A stretch of 64,000 bases of DNA from Candidatus Coatesbacteria bacterium (lineage in GTDB: Bacteria; JAFGND01): assembly GCA_016927185.1 (NCBI GenBank), contig JAFGND010000071.1:1-64000 (forward strand), in the 5' to 3' direction. Positions 9,095 through 18,702 of this stretch are shown piece after piece (positions within the stretch are counted from its first letter, which is position 1; every line of letters begins with the position of its first letter). The notes beneath the pieces were generated by a model. The model worked only from the letters and a program-made list of their open reading frames with translations. It made no database searches and was not told where the DNA came from. A program made the translations under genes and the position numbers.

Positions 9095-10141
9095 ATGGAA
9101 GAATTAATCTTTCCTTTGACTGCTAATGTCAGTTGTGCTGGCTGAGCAAGCAAATTAGGTCGGTCCGATCTAAACGATATAATTGGTAAAATTCCTTTAT
9201 TTCCACAAAAGGAAGTATTGGTGGACTATACCTATAATGGAGATGCTGGAGTATTCAAGATAAATGAAGATCTTGCAGTTGTTTCGACTGTTGATTTTTT
9301 CACTCCGATCCTTGATATTCCATTTTATTATGGGGAGATTGCTGTTGCCAATTCCCTGTCTGATATATATGCAATGGGGGCAAAGCCTATATCAGCACTT
9401 AATGTTATAGGTTTTAATAAAAAGATTTTTCCCATGGAGGTAATTGCAGAAATCCTTAAAGGAGGAGCATCAAAACTTGCCGAGAGTGGCACAGTATTAC
9501 TTGGAGGGCATACTATTCAGGATAAGGAAATATTTTATGGTGCATCTGTTACTGGATTGATTAATCCTGTAGATCTAATTACCAATCGCGGGGCAAAAGA
9601 AGGTTCTATTCTTGTTTTAACCAAACCATTAGGGACAGGGGTGATAACAACTGCTTTAATGGCCAAAATGCTGGGAATGGAACAGGCAATGGATTGTATA
9701 AATAACATGAGAGCTCTTAACAATATTGCTTCTGAAATCATGGTTAAATATAAGGCAAGAGCTGCAACTGATATTACTGGATTCGGTTTTATTGGTCATA
9801 GTATTGAATTGGCTGAAGCTAGTAATGTATCCTTGAAAATCTGCTTCAGCAAAATGCCTGTTGATAAATTGGCTTTTGATATTATTTCAAAAGGGATTTA
9901 TCCTGGTGGATCTCTGGAAAACCAGAGCTATTTTGCGAGTAACTGCAAAACTGAGGCAATTAATGAGATTGAAAAAGCGATATTATATGACGCACAGACT
10001 TCTGGAGGACTTCTTATTGCATTTGACGAAAGTATTGCGGAAAAAGCATTGGCTGAAATGCAAAACAGGGGTGTCTCTAATGCAAGGATTATAGGTGAAG
10101 TTATTCCAAGGGGAAAAGATATTATCATTGTTGAAAGGTAG
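9095..10141 (+). CDS. selD: Selenide, water dikinase (selenocysteine-containing)
   Basis: In-frame upstream extension MEELIFPLTANVSCAG-UGA-ASKLG joins ORF 9218..10141 (TVDFFTP, ANSLSDIYAMG, GGHT, LTKPLGTG, DITGFG, DAQTSGGLL); the UGA is codon 17 at 9143-9145. Confidence 0.93.
9155..9173 (+). promoter_or_regulatory. Bacterial SECIS-like hairpin
   Basis: TTAGGTCG-GTC-CGATCTAA stem-loop starting 10 nt after the UGA, with a G-containing apical loop. Confidence 0.7.
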
Positions 10142-10144
10142 ATT

Positions 10145-10894
10145 ATGAAAATCAAGAGTGTGTTCTTATTGCTAATTCCTTTTCTGTTATCATGTACAAA
10201 AGATTATAATCCTTATTATGAAGAACCACCAGAACAAGGAACTCAACGAGTTGTCTTATTTGAGCTGTTTGTTGCAACCTGGTGTCACAATTGTCCTGTT
10301 GCAATTGAAGCAGCATATGAACTTCTTGCTGAAAATGGTTCAGATAAGGTAAATGTGCTTGTATATCATCCAACAGACAGAGATACTTTTGGAACTGACG
10401 AGACAGATTACAGGATAATTGATTACTACAAGGAAGGCAAAGTATATCCTGTCTGTTTTGCAGACGGTATAATCAAGAATTATGGAGGGGATGATGGGAC
10501 ATATGATAAATACAAGGAAGCATTCAATACCAGAACCAGAATATTATCTCCTTTCAAGATAACTGTTTCAGGAAGCATAAATGAGAAGAGTATTACTGCA
10601 AACATAAATACAGTTGATAATCCTCCCTCAGCATCTCTCAAGGTAAGATTCTTGCTTGTAGAAAGCATGATAACATATGATCATCAAGGTGATTTGCTTA
10701 CCGAGAATTATATGGTAAGAGACATTCTGGAGGAAGAATCAATAAATGCCAGTAAGGGAGCAACCTTCAATATAAACAGGAAATTCAATATTGATGGCAG
10801 ATGGAAACCTGATAATATGGGGATTATTGTACTTATTCAAGATGATTCTAACAAGGAGATTATCCAGTCTTCCTATTCAGGAGGTATCTATTAG
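10145..10894 (+). CDS. Omp28-like thioredoxin-fold lipoprotein
   Basis: Lipobox LLSC; VVLFELFVATWCHNCP (CxxC); C-terminal Ig-like part ending IQDDSNKEIIQS. Confidence 0.75.
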   Translation: MKIKSVFLLLIPFLLSCTKDYNPYYEEPPEQGTQRVVLFELFVATWCHNCPVAIEAAYELLAENGSDKVNVLVYHPTDRDTFGTDETDYRIIDYYKEGKVYPVCFADGIIKNYGGDDGTYDKYKEAFNTRTRILSPFKITVSGSINEKSITANINTVDNPPSASLKVRFLLVESMITYDHQGDLLTENYMVRDILEEESINASKGATFNINRKFNIDGRWKPDNMGIIVLIQDDSNKEIIQSSYSGGIY

Positions 10895-10895
10895 C

Positions 10896-11651
10896 TTGTT
10901 TGATCTGCATACTCATATATTACCTGAGGTAGATGATGGAGCAGAAAGCTTTGAAGATGCTTTTGCAACTATTGATCTTATGATAAAAAATGACGTAAAG
11001 GGAGTTTGCCTTACTCCTCATCAATCATGGGAAAAAAGCAATGATTTTGAAAAAAGGATACTTCCTGCTTATGGGGATTTTAAAACGAAAATCAGCAATG
11101 TTTTTCCTGATTTTGAAATGAAACTTGGAGCAGAAATAATGTGTGATGCAGATGCATTACAAAAACCTTTCTGTATTGAAGGGACAAGGTTTTTTATAAC
11201 GGAGTTCTCGCCATTTACAATGATTACAAAAGCAGCATTAGAGATTATTTTTGATGCACAATTAAAAGGCTTCAAACCGGTAATTGCCCATATTGAGAGA
11301 TACAGGGAAACTGAGAATATCAATGAAGTCAAGGAATGGTTGAATAGAGGTTTTATATTATCCATAAATGCAGAGAGTATTATTAACTATGATTCTAAAA
11401 CCAGTCTGGCGTGGGAGCTTTTAACATCAGGATTTATTCATATTGTTGCAAGTGATACACATGGAATGAGAAAGAAGAGGCCATTGCTTTTTGAAGCATA
11501 CAGGTTTATAAGCAAAGAGTGGAATAGAAAAACTGCTGATCTTTTGTGTTGTGAGAACCCAAGAATGGTAACAGATGGAGAACTTCCAGTGCTTCCTGAA
11601 GCAAAAGAGAAAAAAAATTGGTTTCAGAAAATAATAAAGGGAAACAGATGA
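10896..11651 (+). CDS. PHP-family tyrosine-protein phosphatase (CpsB/CapC/YwqE)
   Basis: DLHTHILPEVDDGA, TPH, IAHIERY, VASDTH; TTG start with GGAGG at 10880. Confidence 0.9.
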   Translation: MFDLHTHILPEVDDGAESFEDAFATIDLMIKNDVKGVCLTPHQSWEKSNDFEKRILPAYGDFKTKISNVFPDFEMKLGAEIMCDADALQKPFCIEGTRFFITEFSPFTMITKAALEIIFDAQLKGFKPVIAHIERYRETENINEVKEWLNRGFILSINAESIINYDSKTSLAWELLTSGFIHIVASDTHGMRKKRPLLFEAYRFISKEWNRKTADLLCCENPRMVTDGELPVLPEAKEKKNWFQKIIKGNR

Positions 11652-14269
11652 AAAGAAAAAGGAAACTCTTTAATAAAGCTTCTACAGAAGAAGCTAATGA
11701 AGAAAAGATGGAAGAAAACGAAGAAACAAATCAAGAAGATGCAGTAATTGAGAAGGAAAAAGAGGAAGAAAAAATTCCTGCAGTGAAATCACAGACTATT
11801 TGTCCAAAGTGTAAATCAAAACTGGAAACTGATGAAAATGAGTGCAAGTATTGTGGATGCAAACTAGAAATTTATTTGAGGGATGATTATATCTGTCCTT
11901 CCTGTGGAAGCAATCTTCCTCCAATGCATTATTCATGCGAGATTTGTCACTACAAGGTTAACAGAGAGGAGCTAGTTCCCAAGGAAAGAGCATTCAGCAT
12001 AAATATAGATAAGGATCTGCTTATTGCCATAAGAGATATAAACAAACCCATTGCAGTTATTGAACCAGGGATTTATGTTCCAGCAAAAGTAAAGGCTGTT
12101 CTTCTTCAGAATGAAAACTGCTTGATACTCAGTCACGGTTTCTTTAACAAACGTTATTTCGAGCAGAGTCTTGATATTGAAGAGAGTGTTTATTTGCTTG
12201 TATTTAATGAAAGCAATGCAAAATTCCACTTCATTTATAATGACCTTCTTACCAATGAGAACAAGAATATTTCATGTACTGTATATATTGAAATTGAAAT
12301 TGGTGATTTTTCAAGAATACTTGAATTCATGCTTAAAAGATCAAGCAGGGAATTAGCTTTTGAAGATATAAAAGAAATACTGTATTCAAAGGTGGATGGT
12401 CTGGTTAAACCAGTAATAGCTTCGAAAAGCAAACAGGAATTAGTGAAACAGGAAAGCAAGACTGAAGATGAAATAAGAGCGCAGGTTTTACCAAGACTTA
12501 CAAAGCTTATAGGACAAACTGGATTAACTCTCACTGATAGTCAGATATATCTTGATATCCCTTTATCCAGGGAAGAAGAACAGGATTTTCTCTTTGAATT
12601 GCAGAAGAAACTGTCAATACCAGAAAGTGTTGAGCATGTCAGTAAAGAAGAAATACCTAAAAGCAAGGCTGTAGAAGAAGAAGTAAAACATGAAGAGGTA
12701 ATTCCTCCCCAGTATGCGAAACCTGCTGCTCAGAAAGAATATCTGGAAGAAGATAATCAAGAACAGAAGAAATATGATGAAGAAGAGGAACCAACTCTCC
12801 CTCAATACGGAAAGAAGGATAAGTATGATTATCAGGAATACAAGCAACCACTTATAAAACCTCAGAAGATAGAGTTCATCATTGGAAAAGGAATGTGGGT
12901 TTTTCTTTTAGTCAATTCATTACTATCAGTAATTCTTATAACCATGCTAAGTTATGGTTATTTCTCATTGAATAGTAAAGTCAAGAATGAAACAGAAAAG
13001 CAGATACAACTTCAAGAACATTCTAAATTGAAGATAGAAGCTCTTCAAAAGCAATTGGAAACACAAATGCAATTTTTGACTGATATGGCTAAGAATCCAG
13101 GCTTATATGGACTCAAGATGAGAATAGACAGGACATTAGCAAAGCTAATCCAGAACAATAAAGTAGGTGATCTTGCACATTCAAAAGCTAGCAGACTGAA
13201 TCTAACCATGTTGAAACTTGATACTCATCTTCAAAATATGCGCTCAGATTCAGTCAAATCAACAATGGATCTTGTTCAGAATGAACTCCTTCTCATTGAG
13301 AAAATCGCCAGAAACAGAGTTGATTTGCAGACTCCGCAGGATATGGTTGGAGGAATATTTGTATATAATGATGTTCTGTTTTACCAGCAATCGACATTTG
13401 TTTTTTATAGACTTCCTAATGGAGATACAGATAAGGAATTCTCGATAAAAGGTGATGGACTGATTTCTCCTGTTGAATATAACAATGAACTGTGGTTTGT
13501 AACAAGCGTTCAGGGAAAAAGTCAGCTAATGGCTTATAATTTTAACAGGAGAGAAATCAGAAATATCTCACTGGATTCTAAGTCAGGTGAAGAAGAACTT
13601 CCTGCAATGGAAATAAAACAAATCTCAGAAGCAGGAGATTACTTGTTAGCTAAAGTGCATGAAGGATTCTATGTTTTCGAGAAACCTGAAAAAGGGAGCT
13701 CCATTAGACTGCAAGAAGTCTGGAAAAGAATAGACAGACAGATCTCATCTCTTGAAGGAGAAGATGGATATGCTGGAATAGTCGGTCTGGATGGGAGCTT
13801 AGAAATTTTTGATCCAAAGGATGGGAAATTGCTTAATGCTTTCATGGGGAATGAAGTGAAGCAAAACTCTACAATATTATTGTATAATGGGAACATCTTT
13901 TATTTCCATCCTGTTAATGGCTTGATAAGAAGAAAATTGGGTGCACCATGGCCAATTATCGCACATATGGAGGATCTAAAAGCAAAGGATGGGTCAGGAG
14001 TTTTTCTTTGTGATAAGAATATTTATGCTTATGATGGAACCTATGTATATAATTTATATGATAATCTGAAGGATTTCAGGTGGAGATACAAACTTGATGC
14101 AAAATCAATTCATATTGGAAATCAATCAAGTTCAGGAAGAGTTTGTGTTTCAGTTGATGAAAGGGCACTCTGTTTTATTAATATTGATGATTATGAGGAT
14201 AAGAACCCATTGCCTGATAATTTCAAAGATATCAGAAGGAAAATTCCAAGAAATCGCAGAAAACCATAA
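11648..14269 (+). CDS. Uncharacterised membrane protein: double Zn-ribbon, SPFH-like region, one TM helix, coiled coil, C-terminal beta-propeller-like region
   Basis: CPKC..CKYC..CPSC..CEIC; TM helix MWVFLLVNSLLSVILITML; beta-rich C-terminus; domain calls are by eye. Confidence 0.6.
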   Translation: MKRKRKLFNKASTEEANEEKMEENEETNQEDAVIEKEKEEEKIPAVKSQTICPKCKSKLETDENECKYCGCKLEIYLRDDYICPSCGSNLPPMHYSCEICHYKVNREELVPKERAFSINIDKDLLIAIRDINKPIAVIEPGIYVPAKVKAVLLQNENCLILSHGFFNKRYFEQSLDIEESVYLLVFNESNAKFHFIYNDLLTNENKNISCTVYIEIEIGDFSRILEFMLKRSSRELAFEDIKEILYSKVDGLVKPVIASKSKQELVKQESKTEDEIRAQVLPRLTKLIGQTGLTLTDSQIYLDIPLSREEEQDFLFELQKKLSIPESVEHVSKEEIPKSKAVEEEVKHEEVIPPQYAKPAAQKEYLEEDNQEQKKYDEEEEPTLPQYGKKDKYDYQEYKQPLIKPQKIEFIIGKGMWVFLLVNSLLSVILITMLSYGYFSLNSKVKNETEKQIQLQEHSKLKIEALQKQLETQMQFLTDMAKNPGLYGLKMRIDRTLAKLIQNNKVGDLAHSKASRLNLTMLKLDTHLQNMRSDSVKSTMDLVQNELLLIEKIARNRVDLQTPQDMVGGIFVYNDVLFYQQSTFVFYRLPNGDTDKEFSIKGDGLISPVEYNNELWFVTSVQGKSQLMAYNFNRREIRNISLDSKSGEEELPAMEIKQISEAGDYLLAKVHEGFYVFEKPEKGSSIRLQEVWKRIDRQISSLEGEDGYAGIVGLDGSLEIFDPKDGKLLNAFMGNEVKQNSTILLYNGNIFYFHPVNGLIRRKLGAPWPIIAHMEDLKAKDGSGVFLCDKNIYAYDGTYVYNLYDNLKDFRWRYKLDAKSIHIGNQSSSGRVCVSVDERALCFINIDDYEDKNPLPDNFKDIRRKIPRNRRKP

Positions 14270-15228
14270 TGCAGGTTCAGGAATCTCTGCTAAGGGATAT
14301 TGCAAGACTAATAATATGGTATCCAATACGTTGGTTAGTCATAATCCTGCCAGTAAGATGGGGATATAGGTTATTTGATTTTTTTGGATTGTTGCATATG
14401 ATTGCTAGCAGAAATAAGGCAAAGAAACTTGATTTACTCTTTACTGAAAATTATGGAAAAAACTCAACATGCAATACAAAGAAATACTTCAAGCTTCACT
14501 ATAGAGACAGGCTTCAGATATTTTACTTTCCAAGATTCAGAAGAAGCAATGCATGGCAGAAAATAGTCAGTATTGAAAATCCAAGCATACTGGATGAATG
14601 CAAGAAGAAAAGGGGGATCATATTTCTTCATCCTCATATGGGATTGATTCAACTTCAGAATTTTATCCTTTATTCGAGAGATTTAAATATTATGCAGCTA
14701 GGATTTCCTGATAGTGAAGAATTGAGCATGATTGGAACAAATATTGCTTTCAGGAAAAGGCTTTATTATGAGTCATTCATTCCCGGAGGAGTTTATTCCA
14801 TTGAGCATTTCCTGAGGCCTGTAATCAAGTGGCTGAAGGATGGGAATTGTATTCTTACAACAGGTGATGGTCAGGGGAGAAAGGACTTTAGAGGTAAATA
14901 CAAGGTTTTCAAGTTTCTGGATGGATATTATCCATTTCCATTAGGAGCTGCTAAACTGGCATGTTTTACAGATTCAATAATAATCCCAATTTTCATGAAG
15001 GAAGAACAGGATCTATCATATAAATTAGTTTTGACAGAAATTATAAAACCAGAGGATCTTGATTATAATATTGAACGAATTACAGGTGTTTTTATAAAAA
15101 GGTTTGAGAATTTTCTTGTTGAATATCCCTGGTGTTGGCATTTCTGGGATAGCGTGCTTGAAAAAACATTATTTTCGCATGACGAAACTGAAATAAAGAA
15201 CACGATAGAGGAAAAGTTGAATGGGTGA
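14269..15228 (+). CDS. Lysophospholipid/lipid A acyltransferase family (LpxL-like)
   Basis: GIIFLHPHMG, FLDG..FPLGAAKLA, YPWCWHFW. Confidence 0.75.
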   Translation: MQVQESLLRDIARLIIWYPIRWLVIILPVRWGYRLFDFFGLLHMIASRNKAKKLDLLFTENYGKNSTCNTKKYFKLHYRDRLQIFYFPRFRRSNAWQKIVSIENPSILDECKKKRGIIFLHPHMGLIQLQNFILYSRDLNIMQLGFPDSEELSMIGTNIAFRKRLYYESFIPGGVYSIEHFLRPVIKWLKDGNCILTTGDGQGRKDFRGKYKVFKFLDGYYPFPLGAAKLACFTDSIIIPIFMKEEQDLSYKLVLTEIIKPEDLDYNIERITGVFIKRFENFLVEYPWCWHFWDSVLEKTLFSHDETEIKNTIEEKLNG

Positions 15229-15940
15229 AAAGGTTATTATTACAATTCCAACATATAATGAAGCAGATAATATTGGTTTTTTGCTGGAAGATATATTGGA
15301 AAAAGCTCCAGAATCAATAACTATTGTAATAGATGATGATTCACCGGATGGGACTGCTGAAATAGTAAAGGATTATCAAAAACGCTTCCCTTTAAGTTTT
15401 ATTCTTGTTTCCAGAAAGGAAAAAAGGGGACGTGGATATGCAGGGAGAGAAGGTTTTATCAAAGCTCTGGAACTGGATGCAGATTATATTATTGAAATGG
15501 ATGCTGATTTCTCACATAATCCGAAATTCATTCCTGACTTGCTTGAACCTCTAAGAAAAGGTGAAGCTGACATGGTTCTTGGCTCGCGAAAAGTGGGAAA
15601 TCAGAAAGATGACAAAAGAGGTTTGATTAGGCCTTTGATTACATTTCTTGCAGGAAATTATATAAGAATTCTGCTAGGCACAAAAATAAAAGATGTAACT
15701 TCAGGTTACAGAGCATATACAAGAAATTCATTATTGACTATTAATCCTTTCGAGTTGAAGGCAAGTTCTCCAGATATTGTCGAAGAGGTGCTTTACAGAG
15801 CAATCAAGAAGAACTTGAGAATAAAGGAAGTAAGGATTGTATTTGAAGACAGGATCAGGGGTAAAAGCACTTTTAATTTCAATATAATGAAAAAGGTTTT
15901 ACTATCTGTACTTAAGCTTCGTTTGAAAGGGAGTTTATGA
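15221..15940 (+). CDS. Polyprenol-phosphate mannose synthase-like GT2
   Basis: IPTYNEADNI, DDDSPDGT, MDADFSH, DVTSGYRAY. Confidence 0.9.
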   Translation: MGEKVIITIPTYNEADNIGFLLEDILEKAPESITIVIDDDSPDGTAEIVKDYQKRFPLSFILVSRKEKRGRGYAGREGFIKALELDADYIIEMDADFSHNPKFIPDLLEPLRKGEADMVLGSRKVGNQKDDKRGLIRPLITFLAGNYIRILLGTKIKDVTSGYRAYTRNSLLTINPFELKASSPDIVEEVLYRAIKKNLRIKEVRIVFEDRIRGKSTFNFNIMKKVLLSVLKLRLKGSL

Positions 15941-17277
15941 GCAAGGTGTCTAAATCAAGATTAATTGCAATAAAAGTTCTTCATAAAGTGAATAATGAGA
16001 ATTTACCTGCAAAAGAGACTTTTCAGAAGGAAACATTGAATTATGATCTTTCAAATATGGAAAGAAGATTTGCAAGAGAATTAATAATGGGTACTTTAAG
16101 GTATCGGGGAAGATATGATTATGTTATCTCCAGGTTAATAGAACCAAAAACTATAGCAGATCTTTCCTTGTATGTCCTTGAATCTCTTAGAATTTCACTT
16201 CATCAGCTAATTGGAATGAAGACTGTACCTATATATGCTGCAGTGAATGAAGGAGTCGAGATAGCAACGGAATTTGACCATGAAGGAGCTGGTGGCTTCG
16301 TAAATGCTATATTAAGGAAATTCATTAGAAGAGAAGCAGAAATAAGATTTCCATCCCCCAAAAATGATCCTGTCGGTTATTTAACACATTTCTTGTCTCA
16401 TCCGCAATGGATGGTTGAAAGGTGGATAGAGAAATTCGGCTTTGAAGAAACTCTTGCCCTTTGCATTTCAAATAACACTGCTCCAAAGATTACTGTCAGG
16501 ATAAATGCAAAGAAGGCTTCAAGAGAGGAAATAATAGAATCACTTATAAATGAGAATGTTGAAGTCACTCCAGGGTTGTATAGATTGCATGTTTTGAGGC
16601 TCAATACAGAAAAATCAATAACTGAACTTGATGCATGGAAAAGGGGCTGGATAATCATTCAGGATGAAGCTTCTACATTTGTCAGCCTTCTTTGCCAGGT
16701 TGAAAATGACAACTTCGTTCTTGATTTATGTGCTGCTCCTGGAGGGAAGACTGTTCATATGGCCGAGTTGTCAAGAGATAAAGCTTTTATATTTGCGATT
16801 GATAAAAATGCTTATAGACTTAATATGCTTAGAGAAAATCTGAAAAGAATGGAACATAAAAATATCATGTTGATAAAAGCAGATGCAAGGCATTTTCATA
16901 TAATGAAGATGGCAGACAGGATTCTTGTTGATGCTCCATGTACTGCAACAGGTACCTTATCTAAAAATGCTGAAGGGAAATGGCAGAAAAACATTGATGA
17001 CATTGAGAAAATATCCAAATTGCAGCTTAACATCCTTCTCAATGCAGCCAGATTTCTGAAAAAAGACGGGATAATGGTATACTCTACATGCAGCATAGAA
17101 CCAGAAGAAAATGACCTTGTGATAAAGAATTTTCTTTCATTAAAACCTGAGTTCAAGGTTGAAACAGCTAGCAGACAAATACCTGCGGATCTTGTTACAA
17201 GAACTGGATTCATGAGAACTTATCCTCATAAGCATGGAATAGAAGGAATATTCGCTGCAAGATTGAGAAAAAAATAA
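15937..17277 (+). CDS. rsmB: 16S rRNA m5C967 methyltransferase
   Basis: NusB-like N-terminus, IQDEAS, DLCAAPGGKT, VDAPC, VYSTCS. Confidence 0.95.
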   Translation: MSKVSKSRLIAIKVLHKVNNENLPAKETFQKETLNYDLSNMERRFARELIMGTLRYRGRYDYVISRLIEPKTIADLSLYVLESLRISLHQLIGMKTVPIYAAVNEGVEIATEFDHEGAGGFVNAILRKFIRREAEIRFPSPKNDPVGYLTHFLSHPQWMVERWIEKFGFEETLALCISNNTAPKITVRINAKKASREEIIESLINENVEVTPGLYRLHVLRLNTEKSITELDAWKRGWIIIQDEASTFVSLLCQVENDNFVLDLCAAPGGKTVHMAELSRDKAFIFAIDKNAYRLNMLRENLKRMEHKNIMLIKADARHFHIMKMADRILVDAPCTATGTLSKNAEGKWQKNIDDIEKISKLQLNILLNAARFLKKDGIMVYSTCSIEPEENDLVIKNFLSLKPEFKVETASRQIPADLVTRTGFMRTYPHKHGIEGIFAARLRKK

Positions 17278-17308
17278 AAAAGCGTGATTTGAAAAACAAA
17301 CCACGCTT
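17275..17308 (-). terminator. Intrinsic terminator between convergent genes
   Basis: Minus-strand hairpin AAGCGUGGUUUG/CAAAUCACGCUU followed by a U-run. Confidence 0.75.
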
Positions 17309-17329
17309 AGCTGTTTTATTAACCTTGTA

Positions 17330-18619
17330 TTATTGAACTATTGCTATTTTCTTTGTTAATGTTTTTGTCGAGGTTTCAAGTTTAACAAAGTAGATACCTG
17401 CAGGTAATCTATCAGTTGTAAATGAACCACGATACGTACCTTTTGAATAGTACTTGTCTGCCAGGGTAGTCACTTTTTCTCCCTTTAGATTGTACATTGT
17501 AATCTTGACTTTTCCGCTGTCATTTGTCCTGAACAGATAAGTACCTGCTTTCTTGACAGGATTGGGAGTTACATTTATAAATGAGTCGAACTTGACAGGG
17601 ACTGCTGTTCTGGTTTTGGTAAATCCTGTCCCTTCATATCTTGCTTTAGCATTTTTTGCATTCTGTTTCAAGTCATCAAGGCTTGCTCCTGCAACAAAAG
17701 CAAATGCTACAATAACTGGAGAATCATTACTTACATCAAATGGTCCATAAGTAACCGCCATTCCTACATCATAAACTGTATCAGGTCTTGCCTTGTTATG
17801 AGTAGCCATATAAAATTTCAGGCTATCAGTAAGACCCAGGAATGGTGGAGTTGCATTAGTATCCTGATAAACATCTACATTATTGGTTACAGCATAGTAG
17901 GCTGTTGCTTGTTGTGTAAGCAATGCGATACCAACATGAACACCTTCCCAAGAAGGATCTGTTGTATTTTGATACATCATATTAGTTTCAGCATCCCAGT
18001 TTACGTCATCACCATATGATTGCTGTACATTGCCCATATCCCAGTCACAATAAAATGATGCATAAATATCATTTATTGTGTCAGTAGCAGTTTTAGGTTT
18101 GATTGTATACTCAAGTATGACATAATCTTCCTGAGGAGTTGCATTCCATGCTAATCCATATTGCTCAATAAGAACTCCCAATGGATTGGTTGCATCATCA
18201 TCATTGAATTTTGCTTTAGAATCTTGATTAGAACGTTCTGTTCCACCGATCACTAGTGAATCAACTGTTACGAAATCATAAGGACCAAAGTATCCTTTTG
18301 TATCCCAGCCATAAGAAGTATCAGAAACATGGTTCTGATCCTGGCTTATCCAGATTGAGCCATGATATAAAGCAGATGAGTAGTTGTTCCATTGGAAACC
18401 ATGAGTTCTTGCTGGAGGATTTGTATCTCCACCTTTTGCCCATCCAACGCATCCAGCATCAGTAATTGTGAATATTACCTTGTTAATATTGTGGTCCCCC
18501 CAGGCAACTGGATATTCTCCAATATTGTTATTTGGGAAGAACAAAGCATAAGGTGACTGCTTCGCAAAGCAGAAGCCTACAATTATAAATAGGCATAAAA
18601 TTAGTAAAACCTTATTCAT
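17330..18619 (-). CDS. Secreted protein with T9SS-like C-terminal sorting domain
   Basis: Signal peptide; C-terminus PNPV...MYNLKGEKV...LPAGIYFVKL...KKIAIVQ. Confidence 0.8.
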   Translation of the reverse strand: MNKVLLILCLFIIVGFCFAKQSPYALFFPNNNIGEYPVAWGDHNINKVIFTITDAGCVGWAKGGDTNPPARTHGFQWNNYSSALYHGSIWISQDQNHVSDTSYGWDTKGYFGPYDFVTVDSLVIGGTERSNQDSKAKFNDDDATNPLGVLIEQYGLAWNATPQEDYVILEYTIKPKTATDTINDIYASFYCDWDMGNVQQSYGDDVNWDAETNMMYQNTTDPSWEGVHVGIALLTQQATAYYAVTNNVDVYQDTNATPPFLGLTDSLKFYMATHNKARPDTVYDVGMAVTYGPFDVSNDSPVIVAFAFVAGASLDDLKQNAKNAKARYEGTGFTKTRTAVPVKFDSFINVTPNPVKKAGTYLFRTNDSGKVKITMYNLKGEKVTTLADKYYSKGTYRGSFTTDRLPAGIYFVKLETSTKTLTKKIAIVQ

Positions 18620-18702
18620 TACAACCTCCGTTCTATTGATACCTAATTTGATTAAGGCAAGTAATTATGATAACCTAAATCCTGTAAAGAAAAAAATGAA
18701 CT

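Noticed and set aside
9143..9145. selD as a pseudogene with a premature stop
   Set aside because: The UGA is at the catalytic Cys/Sec position and is followed by a SECIS-like hairpin.
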